32,000 nt of DNA from Candidatus Saccharimonadota bacterium (GTDB taxonomy: Bacteria; Patescibacteriota; Microgenomatia; UBA1406; GWC2-37-13): assembly GCA_016699265.1 (NCBI GenBank), contig CP064967.1:630001-662000 (forward strand), given 5' to 3'. Shown here piece after piece: positions 25,202 to 32,000 of this stretch. The notes under the pieces are model-generated. The model was not told where the DNA came from. It searched no databases and was given only the letters and a program-made list of their open reading frames with translations. A program made the translations under genes and the position numbers. How positions within the stretch are numbered: the first letter of the stretch is position 1; each line of letters starts with the position of its first letter.

Positions 25202-25228
25202 TTAGCAATAGTATAGTAACTCTGCTAA
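25202..25228. promoter_or_regulatory. Degenerate CIRCE-like operator TTAGCA-N15-TGCTAA
   Basis: TTAGCAATA-gtatagtaa-CTCTGCTAA compared with the consensus TTAGCACTC-N9-GAGTGCTAA. The outer 6 bp of each arm are perfect and the inner 3 bp diverge. It overlaps the -10 box of the hrcA promoter. Confidence 0.55.
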
Positions 25229-25238
25229 AAGATGTCAA
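25210..25238 (-). promoter_or_regulatory. hrcA operon promoter TTGACA-N17-TATACT (minus strand), leadered (about 49-nt 5' UTR)
   Basis: The minus-sense sequence reads TTGACAtcttttagcagagttacTATACT. Confidence 0.65.
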
Positions 25239-25291
25239 CCCCGATTTTATCGAGAGTTGATTCTCAAAATAGTCGGCATCAAGAAATGAAC

Positions 25292-25810
25292 CTATTTCAC
25301 ATGTGAAATAGGGGGTTTTGCAGCGACCAAGTATCGATTTTCTGTAGCAGGACAGGGGGAAATCACTTCAAGTCTTGGATCTTCTGCAAGAAACTTACCG
25401 TATAGATGTATTGCATCCTCGCTTAAAGCATTCTCTCTATCCGAATACCACCGCTTAACAAATCCTCTCGCTACTAATTCCCCTATCGTTCGACCCACTA
25501 ATCTAGGGATATGCGTAGCATAAGGTAGATTTTTAGTGAAATTGTGAGAACGAACAGCTCGAAACTCAATACCTTTATCTCTTCGGTTTTTTTGTAATTC
25601 TCCTCGAACCTCTGCTAAGAATTCGCCATTCTTACTTACTGTAAAAGCCCCAAAAGGAGGAATATTTGGAAACCGCTCATCATCCTTTACTGTTAATCTA
25701 ACACTGAGTCGTTCAAGGTTTGAGTTAGCTTCTTGATTGAATTCAAATAGTACCCGATCATCTGTTTTTTCTATGTCGATGGGGTGAATATCTCCAGCTG
25801 GATTTTCCAT
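25292..25810 (-). CDS. Hypothetical protein (172 aa), no family recognised
   Basis: A long ORF with host-like composition. TATAAT lies 8 nt upstream of its ATG. Confidence 0.55.
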   Translation of the reverse strand: MENPAGDIHPIDIEKTDDRVLFEFNQEANSNLERLSVRLTVKDDERFPNIPPFGAFTVSKNGEFLAEVRGELQKNRRDKGIEFRAVRSHNFTKNLPYATHIPRLVGRTIGELVARGFVKRWYSDRENALSEDAIHLYGKFLAEDPRLEVISPCPATENRYLVAAKPPISHVK

Positions 25811-25818
25811 TACGAACT

Positions 25819-25824
25819 ATTATA
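25819..25824 (-). promoter_or_regulatory. -10 box TATAAT (minus strand), 8 nt upstream of ATG 25810
   Basis: The minus-sense sequence reads gaTATAATagttcgtaATG. Confidence 0.5.
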
Positions 25825-25833
25825 TCAACTGGG

Positions 25834-25839
25834 TATAAT
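25834..25839 (+). promoter_or_regulatory. -10 box TATAAT, 6 nt upstream of the nfo ATG 25846
   Basis: The sequence reads gggTATAATaaacccATG. Confidence 0.55.
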
Positions 25840-25845
25840 AAACCC

Positions 25846-26673
25846 ATGTATCGAATTGGAGCACATGTATCTATAGCAGGAGGACACATAAAAGGTATAG
25901 ACAGAGCTCTGGAGATTGGGTGTAATGCAGTTCAGATCTTCTGCGCTTCACCTCGAGGATGGAACTTTGCCAAGATTCCAGACAGCGACGCTGATGCCTT
26001 CTCGAAGTTCGCGATAAAACAAGATGTAACCCCAATTTATTTTCACGCCTCTTATCTCATTAACCTTGCGGACACCGGACGAATTGGAACGCTTTCCAAG
26101 CAACTCCTTACTCACGAACTCAAGATTGCATCGTCAATGGGGGTAAGGGGAAGCATCGTTCATCTCGGGTCATATAAAGATAATGGAAAGAATCACAAAC
26201 ATCTTTGCGATCACATCTCGATGATTCTTGAGAAGGCGCCATCTGACGTTGAGTTCATTATCGAAAATGCCGGAAACAGAAAGATAGGAAAAGACATAGA
26301 AGAGATTGCTGAAATTATTGAGGAGGTAAAGGATAAGCGTCTTAAAGTCTGCTTAGATACTTGTCACCTCCATGCAGCGGGATACGATCTGAGTACCGAG
26401 AAATCCTACGAAGACTTTATTACCGTATTTGATGACAAAATCGGACTGGACAGACTTTCGGTTTGGCATCTCAACGACAGTCGAGATCCGTTTGGCTCAC
26501 TTAGAGATCGTCATGACAATCTTGGAGAAGGTCTTGTGGGAATGGATGTATTTAAGCATCTTCTGAACCACCCCAAGACCAAACATATTCCCGTCATTCT
26601 CGAGGTTCCTGGTTTTAAGGGTGAGGGTCCGGATAAGCAGAACGTTGATATTGTAAAGTCACTTATCGTATGA
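25846..26673 (+). CDS. nfo: Endonuclease IV (AP endonuclease, TIM-barrel)
   Basis: IGAHVSIAGG, VQIF.ASPRGW, IVHLGS, LDTCHLHAAGYD and WHLNDS motifs. Confidence 0.9.
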   Translation: MYRIGAHVSIAGGHIKGIDRALEIGCNAVQIFCASPRGWNFAKIPDSDADAFSKFAIKQDVTPIYFHASYLINLADTGRIGTLSKQLLTHELKIASSMGVRGSIVHLGSYKDNGKNHKHLCDHISMILEKAPSDVEFIIENAGNRKIGKDIEEIAEIIEEVKDKRLKVCLDTCHLHAAGYDLSTEKSYEDFITVFDDKIGLDRLSVWHLNDSRDPFGSLRDRHDNLGEGLVGMDVFKHLLNHPKTKHIPVILEVPGFKGEGPDKQNVDIVKSLIV

Positions 26674-27194
26674 CCTCTCCGATCGTCCTCGCCTTTGAAG
26701 ATGCGAAGAAGAATATTGCTCTCGAAGCAGAAACGATCAAAGCCTTTCAAAACCGACTGAAGAAAAACACGACCTATCTCAAGTCAGATGGCGTTGCCGA
26801 TCATTTTTGTGTGGGCGTTCTCGTGGTAAATAAAAAACAGAAGAAGATGTTTGTTGGTCACCACATAAAGTCTGATCATTGGATGGGAGCGGGAGGCCAC
26901 ATGGAAAAGGGAGAATCTCCGCTTGATACCGTAATTAGAGAATGTAAAGAAGAATTAGGCCTCGAGGTTATTGATGCCACCATGTTTGATCTTACTCATT
27001 TCGATGATGTAAACAGATCCGACTGTATGCAGCACTATGATTTTTTCTATCGAGTGGAGTTAGAAACACTTCCTAACCTTACCGCCGACAAAGGAGAGTT
27101 TCATGAGGCTGGATGGTATTCCTTCGACGAAGTACTTAACAAAAAACTTTTACCAAAGTACCGAGCATCTCTCGTAAAAGTTTTTGAGATGTAG
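26670..27194 (+). CDS. Nudix hydrolase
   Basis: Nudix box GGHMEKGESPLDTVIRECKEELGLEV (GX5EX7REUXEEXGU). The start overlaps the nfo stop (ATGA). Confidence 0.85.
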   Translation: MTSPIVLAFEDAKKNIALEAETIKAFQNRLKKNTTYLKSDGVADHFCVGVLVVNKKQKKMFVGHHIKSDHWMGAGGHMEKGESPLDTVIRECKEELGLEVIDATMFDLTHFDDVNRSDCMQHYDFFYRVELETLPNLTADKGEFHEAGWYSFDEVLNKKLLPKYRASLVKVFEM

Positions 27195-27208
27195 ATGAGC
27201 TTCCGCTA

Positions 27209-27616
27209 TTAGTCTTCATACCTATCGTGATATGCCTTCTTATCTCCATACTCTATGTAGCCTTGATGATCTACGAGCTCTATATACCCAGGGAAGCTTT
27301 TATGTTTTATTCCGCACCAGTACTTCTCTGTTTCAAGACCTATCGCTGTGGCGTAGTGAAAGAAGCCATTAGCGTAACTGCAATAAAGACAGGAGAGTTT
27401 TTCGATGGTGGTAATATACGAAAGTTGCGCCCGATCAAACACTATATAATTGTTACGTTTCACTAGCGCTATGCCACAAAGCGGAAAACATATATGGTGG
27501 TAGATCTCTAGAATTATATCGGTGAAGACTATAGGAACGAGTGGAAGCCAAATAAAAGGAATAACTACGATCCGAGAAAGAATATCGACAAGTCTCTTGT
27601 GTTTTTTATATAGCAT
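27209..27616 (-). CDS. Hypothetical Cys-rich membrane protein
   Basis: One or two N-terminal TM segments, then SCLYCSYANG...YWCGIKHK. Start set at Met20 (27616), preceded by the SD-like AGAGGA. This avoids overlap with cca. Confidence 0.55.
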   Translation of the reverse strand: MLYKKHKRLVDILSRIVVIPFIWLPLVPIVFTDIILEIYHHICFPLCGIALVKRNNYIVFDRAQLSYITTIEKLSCLYCSYANGFFHYATAIGLETEKYWCGIKHKSFPGYIELVDHQGYIEYGDKKAYHDRYED

Positions 27617-27630
27617 TAAGGTTCCTCTAG

Positions 27631-27636
27631 TATAAT
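27631..27636 (+). promoter_or_regulatory. -10 box TATAAT, 6 nt upstream of the cca ATG 27643
   Basis: The sequence reads tagTATAATgaagcaATG. Confidence 0.55.
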
Positions 27637-27642
27637 GAAGCA

Positions 27643-28980
27643 ATGATTCAACTACCAGCAGAGATTCACGCATTTATGGATATCTTTATCAATAAGGGAT
27701 ATCGTATTTATGTTGTAGGTGGAGCAGTTCGCAATCTTCTTCTTGGAATGGATGTTATTAACTGGGACTTCACCACCAACGCGAAGCCTGAAGAACTTAA
27801 AGAACTATTTCCAGATAGTTTTTATAACAATACATTCGGAACTGTGGGTATAAAGTTTGAAGGTCATGTGCTTGAGGTGACCACTCATCGAAAGGAAAGC
27901 GACTACTCTGACGCTCGTCATCCTGACACGATTGAATGGGCTGAAACGATTGAGGAGGACCTAGCTCGTCGTGATTTTACAATAAATGCAATAGCCCTTC
28001 ACTATATTGATAGTAAACCGGTCTTGGTCGATCCTTACAATGGACAAGAAGATCTTAAGCAAAAACGTATAGTAACCGTTGGAGATCCAGATACTAGATT
28101 TGCTGAGGATGCACTTCGATTGATGCGAGCGGTTAGACTTACGGCTGAACTTGGTTTTCTCCTTGATGAAAAGACGAGAGATTCAATGAGAAATAATGCC
28201 ACTCTAATCAATAAAGTTTCCGGTGAAAGAATACGAGATGAGCTTCTTAGGATAATTTCATCGAATAATCCTGCTGAGGGCGTTCTCTTCTTACGAAGCA
28301 CGGGAATCTTAGAACAGATACTCCCCGAGCTTGATGCATGTTTCACTATAGAACAGAAGAGTCCCAAACGTCATCATATCTATGATGTTGGTACTCATTT
28401 AGTAATGTCTCTTAAGCACTGTCCATCAAAAGACCCTGTTACCAGACTGGCTACTCTACTACATGACATCGGAAAGGTTCAGACTTACAATAAAGATGAG
28501 ACAGGACTCATTACCTTCCACAATCATGAGGTTGTTGGCGACAAACTTGTGCAAAAAATTGCTGACCGACTAAAGCTTTCCAATAAACAGAAAGAAAAGC
28601 TGGTCCTTCTTGTGAAACATCATCAGTTCACTGTCCAAGAAGATCAAACCGATAAGGCGATACGAAGATTTATTCGTGACGTTACTAAAGAATATCTTCA
28701 GGACATGCTCGACCTACGTACAGGAGATCGTATTGGTTCAGGTGCCACGCCAACTTCATGGAGACTCGATCTTTTCAAAAAACGTCTTGAGGAAGTTCAG
28801 AAACACGTATTTTCAATTACAGATCTAAAAATTGATGGAAATGACGTGATGAAACAACTCAATCTAAAACCAGGAAAACAGATTGGAGAAATTCTCAGTA
28901 AGTTATTTACCGAAATTGAGGAAGGAAGACTAAAAAATGAAAAGGAAGCTCTTCTCTCCGAGTTAAAAAAGATTGCCTAA
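27643..28980 (+). CDS. cca: CCA-adding tRNA nucleotidyltransferase (PolyA_pol head and HD domains)
   Basis: VVGGAVRNLLLG, RRDFTINA, RLMRAVRL, and the HD domain LLHDIGK. Confidence 0.85.
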   Translation: MIQLPAEIHAFMDIFINKGYRIYVVGGAVRNLLLGMDVINWDFTTNAKPEELKELFPDSFYNNTFGTVGIKFEGHVLEVTTHRKESDYSDARHPDTIEWAETIEEDLARRDFTINAIALHYIDSKPVLVDPYNGQEDLKQKRIVTVGDPDTRFAEDALRLMRAVRLTAELGFLLDEKTRDSMRNNATLINKVSGERIRDELLRIISSNNPAEGVLFLRSTGILEQILPELDACFTIEQKSPKRHHIYDVGTHLVMSLKHCPSKDPVTRLATLLHDIGKVQTYNKDETGLITFHNHEVVGDKLVQKIADRLKLSNKQKEKLVLLVKHHQFTVQEDQTDKAIRRFIRDVTKEYLQDMLDLRTGDRIGSGATPTSWRLDLFKKRLEEVQKHVFSITDLKIDGNDVMKQLNLKPGKQIGEILSKLFTEIEEGRLKNEKEALLSELKKIA

Positions 28981-29586
28981 TTTCTTTTCTTCCTCACCGA
29001 GCGTTGTCGGATCTCCATGACCGGGATACACCAGCGTCTCCTCAGGAAACTCTTTAATTAAATGTTTAATTGAAGAGTATAGCTCTTGCTTGTTTGAGTA
29101 CGAGAAATCGTAGCGACCGATTCCATCTTTGAAAAGAGTATCGCCTGTGAATAAAGTCCCTTCTTCTTCAATATAAATACATACACTCCCTGGAGTGTGG
29201 CCGGGAGTCTCCAAAATTTGAAATTTGAAGTTTAAAATTTGAAATTGCCCACCTTTTAAATCTATCGTGTCTGAGATGGGGATTACTACGGGAGCATGAC
29301 CGAGAAAGTACTTTGCCGTCTCCTCTACTCGATCTAGTAAAAATCGATCTTTAGACGATATATATACGGGCACATTCAGAGACATCTTGAGTTCCCCAAT
29401 CGCCATCACGTGATCAAAGTGTCCATGCGTCGCAATAATCGCCTTTACTTGAAGATTGTTTCGAGACATTTCTTCAAGAATAAAGTCTGCAGAGTCTCCC
29501 GGATCTATAATCACGCAGTCTTTATCCTGAATCAAAAAGTAGCAGTTCGCCTGAAGCTCCCCTAACGGATATGTAAGAATTTTCAT
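28963..29586 (-). CDS. MBL-fold metallo-hydrolase (GloB/YcbL-like)
   Basis: ATHGHFDH (HxHxDH), TPGHTPGS and GHGDPTTLG. Its 3' end overlaps the cca 3' end by 18 nt (convergent). Confidence 0.85.
   Translation of the reverse strand: MKILTYPLGELQANCYFLIQDKDCVIIDPGDSADFILEEMSRNNLQVKAIIATHGHFDHVMAIGELKMSLNVPVYISSKDRFLLDRVEETAKYFLGHAPVVIPISDTIDLKGGQFQILNFKFQILETPGHTPGSVCIYIEEEGTLFTGDTLFKDGIGRYDFSYSNKQELYSSIKHLIKEFPEETLVYPGHGDPTTLGEEEKKLGNLF
29217..29244. repeat. Four tandem heptamers TTTGAAA TTTGAAG TTTAAAA TTTGAAA inside the MBL coding sequence
   Basis: Read directly. On the coding strand they encode FQILNFKFQIL. Confidence 0.85.
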
Positions 29587-30446
29587 TTACGTTTTCGTTT
29601 TTCTAGCAATACGAGCACTGGGGTCGCAATAAAGGGCGATGAGTAGGTACCGGTAACGGTTCCTATGAGAAGAGCGATGATAAAAAATCGTATCGTTGAT
29701 CCACCAAATAAGATGAGTGCAAGAAGCATGAACATTATGGTCATCGAGTTGTTCACTGATCTAATAAGTGTCTCGGTGAGCGCTCTGTTTGCGCTAATCT
29801 GAGCATCCTCAACCTTCGATCTTCGATACTCGCGTATCTTATCAAAAATGATAATTGTGTCGTGAACCGAAAACGACATCGTTGTAAGCAACGCTGTGAC
29901 AAATAGCGTGTTTAGCTCTGCTCCATAAAAATGAGAGATGATAGAGTAACCACCTGCCATGACTAATAGGTCATGAGCAAGTGCAACTATTGCGGCAACT
30001 GCAAAGTTAAAGCTCTTGAAGGCGAAGGTCATATAAAGCAGAATTCCTAGTATCGCAACCGATGCAGCGATTAAGGTTTTATTAATCGTTTCCTTGCCGA
30101 GAGTCGCACCTACCGTCTCCGATCGAAGTACGGTGACCGAACTCTTTGATGCTTTTTTTACCTGCTCTAATACCACCTTTTCATCTGTGACGCTCAACGG
30201 AGCGAAGCGCATCGATACTTTATTACCCGTCTGTTCTTGTGAGATTGTCTTAATCTTTTTAGTCTCGAGTAAGTCACTTAAAATCTTCATGTTAGTCTGA
30301 GAGCCGGTTTGGTACTCAATTATTGTTCCCCCACTGAAGTCGATTGATGTTCGGTATCCATAGGTAAACATCGAGATCAGTCCCGATATAATCACAATCG
30401 CTGAAATGCCAAAATAGATAAAACGAAACTTGAAAAAATTAATCAT
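29583..30446 (-). CDS. secF: Protein translocase subunit SecF
   Basis: Six-TM SecF layout, DFSGGT near the N-terminus, and HDTIIIFDKIRE. It overlaps secD by 4 nt. Confidence 0.9.
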   Translation of the reverse strand: MINFFKFRFIYFGISAIVIISGLISMFTYGYRTSIDFSGGTIIEYQTGSQTNMKILSDLLETKKIKTISQEQTGNKVSMRFAPLSVTDEKVVLEQVKKASKSSVTVLRSETVGATLGKETINKTLIAASVAILGILLYMTFAFKSFNFAVAAIVALAHDLLVMAGGYSIISHFYGAELNTLFVTALLTTMSFSVHDTIIIFDKIREYRRSKVEDAQISANRALTETLIRSVNNSMTIMFMLLALILFGGSTIRFFIIALLIGTVTGTYSSPFIATPVLVLLEKRKRK

Positions 30447-31810
30447 ACCTTTGGCTGCACCTGCGCTTTGTAAAAAATATTAATAAGTCTCTTCGTGATT
30501 ACGACACCCGTAAACAAGCTCACTACCACACCAATGGCAAGAGTAAGAGCAAACCCTTTAATCAAGCCGAGCTGTGGGAAAAACTCCCAGTTGAGTGGAT
30601 TGTATAAAATGAATGCCACGAGTAGTGTAGTAATGTTTGCATCTTTGATTGCATCAATAGCTCTTCCAAATCCAAGCTGTATCGAGGCGAAATGACTTCG
30701 TCCCTTACGCTTTTCCTCCTTTATTCTTTCGAAGATGAGAATGTTTGAATCTACGGCCATACCGATTGAGAGTATAAATCCAGCAATGCCAGAAAGAGTC
30801 AAGGTAACCGAGAAAAGTCTAAAAAACGCATATGATATGAGTCCATAAATAATAAGACCGGCACAAGCAATCAACCCGAGTCCCCCATAGTTAAGTATCA
30901 TAAACAGCGCAACGGCCACCAACCCTATCCCTCCCGCAACTATACTTTTTTGAATCTCTTGGGCACCAAGTGATGGTCCAATGGTTCTCTGCTCGATTAG
31001 CTTAATTGGAACAGGCAACGCACCAGAGTTTATAGCCATCGCAAGTTGTCTCGTTTGATCAACATTATATTGGGTTGTGATAACCGCGTTTCCGTCAAGA
31101 ATCGGTTGCTGTACTGTTGGTGCTACAAGGACCTGATCGTCGAGAAAAATTCCAATTGGTTTACCAATATTTTTTGAGGTTAGATCGGCAAATATTTTCA
31201 CGCCTTTTGGAGAGAATGAAAGAGAGACCTGGGGTTTACCTGTATTTTGATCAAACGTAACCGTTGCCCTTTTAATATCCCCTCCCTTTAATTTAGACTC
31301 AGGGCTGAAATATATTCTACCTGCGGTTTCTGTTCCTGCATTTGGAATTTTTAGTTGAAGCTCTTCTCGAAAGTTAAGGTTTGCAGTTCGGCCAATGGTC
31401 GCCACAGCTTGAGCCGTATCCTTAATACCCGGAAGCTCGACGATAATTCGGTGTTTGTCTCCTGCCTTTATAGTTTGTACAAGCGGTTCAGATGCTCCAA
31501 AAAAATTAATTCTTCTTTCGATAATGTCTTTACTGGAGTTAAGGGCGTCCTGAATATCTGATGACAGTAATTTGGATGTGTCGGTTTCAAAAACAAGATG
31601 GCTTCCGCCTTTTAGATCAAGACCGTACTTGGTTGTAAAGTCCTTCTTGATCCTTAAACCGTAGATATTCGTATTTATAGATAATGGATTAATCGTGGTG
31701 TCTAGGGTTCTACTTCCAAGAGTAAGGTGAATGCGATAGTTCTCAGGGAGATCTATCCATACAAGAAGTATGAAAAGACAGGTTAGCGCGACATACCAAA
31801 GATATTTCAT
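30443..31810 (-). CDS. secD: Protein translocase subunit SecD
   Basis: GLDLKGG, a periplasmic P1 domain, and the C-terminal TM bundle with AVDSNILIFERIKEE. Confidence 0.9.
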   Translation of the reverse strand: MKYLWYVALTCLFILLVWIDLPENYRIHLTLGSRTLDTTINPLSINTNIYGLRIKKDFTTKYGLDLKGGSHLVFETDTSKLLSSDIQDALNSSKDIIERRINFFGASEPLVQTIKAGDKHRIIVELPGIKDTAQAVATIGRTANLNFREELQLKIPNAGTETAGRIYFSPESKLKGGDIKRATVTFDQNTGKPQVSLSFSPKGVKIFADLTSKNIGKPIGIFLDDQVLVAPTVQQPILDGNAVITTQYNVDQTRQLAMAINSGALPVPIKLIEQRTIGPSLGAQEIQKSIVAGGIGLVAVALFMILNYGGLGLIACAGLIIYGLISYAFFRLFSVTLTLSGIAGFILSIGMAVDSNILIFERIKEEKRKGRSHFASIQLGFGRAIDAIKDANITTLLVAFILYNPLNWEFFPQLGLIKGFALTLAIGVVVSLFTGVVITKRLINIFYKAQVQPKV

Positions 31811-31819
31811 CTGTAAACG

Positions 31820-32000
31820 CTATTTTAACAGCTCATCCTCTGAGCCGACAAGCATTACTTTTGGCTGTCGAAGGAATCTCCATAAAAAAGGATCTGTATT
31901 TCTCTTACGAAATGTGAACTCATCCTCATTCATTACAGTAAAATTTATCTCTCTACCAAAGGTCTTTTCAGCCTCAGAAATTAGAAGCTCAATCTCCGGT
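31820..32000 (-). CDS. C-terminal part of an unidentified protein (5' end outside window)
   Basis: The minus-strand frame reads PEIELLISEAEKTFGREINFTVMNEDEFTFRKRNTDPFLWRFLRQPKVMLVGSEDELLK*, with the stop at 31820-31822. It is open to the window edge. Confidence 0.5.
   Translation of the reverse strand, partial: PEIELLISEAEKTFGREINFTVMNEDEFTFRKRNTDPFLWRFLRQPKVMLVGSEDELLK

Noticed and set aside
1-32000. tRNA, rRNA, tmRNA, RNase P RNA, CRISPR arrays, transposases or integrases, toxin-antitoxin or classical defence genes
   Set aside because: No spacer is long enough or has the conserved sequence blocks for these RNAs. There are no regularly spaced 25-40-bp repeats, and no ORF has recombinase, nuclease or defence-type motifs. 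The region 14871-15416 was considered as a structured RNA because two frames are open, but it lacks RNase P or tmRNA signature sequences and shows codon periodicity.

Overview
This is a densely packed, moderately AT-rich bacterial chromosomal segment of about 40 genes on both strands, mostly housekeeping and cell-envelope functions. Gene order: glyA; a WecA/MraY-type transferase (frameshifted); a MiaB-family methylthiotransferase; a nucleotide-sugar block (rfbB, rfbD, ugd, uxs, GT2-GtrA fusion); envelope proteins (PEGA/SH3b, LytR_C); an AlkA-like glycosylase with a tandem zinc-ribbon protein; an MshC-type cysteine ligase divergent from an LmbE/PIG-L deacetylase; argS; decayed MFS and radA genes; a RodZ-like protein; efp; hrcA-grpE-dnaK plus a zinc-finger-less dnaJ; nfo; a Nudix hydrolase; cca; an MBL hydrolase; secDF. 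I saw no rRNA, tRNA, CRISPR array or mobile element. The gene content, very short spacers and absence of Shine-Dalgarno (SD) sites at operon heads fit a small-genome uncultivated bacterium (CPR/Patescibacteria-like), but that is inference only. The main observations are these. (1) An MshC-like Cys ligase lacking an anticodon-binding domain sits next to an MshB-family deacetylase, a candidate cysteinyl-aminosugar thiol module. (2) A TATAAT-N6-8-ATG geometry recurs at about a dozen operon heads, implying leaderless mRNAs, including back-to-back divergent promoters in 24-35 bp spacers. (3) AT-rich spacers are built from tandem heptanucleotide repeats, and one of these repeats has expanded in frame inside the MBL gene. 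(4) Seven homopolymer-length frameshifts are confined to the adjacent MFS and radA genes, with single frameshifts in the GT4 gene and grpE. (5) EF-P carries Arg at the modification loop tip. All calls come from reading the sequence and recalled family motifs; no searches were run.
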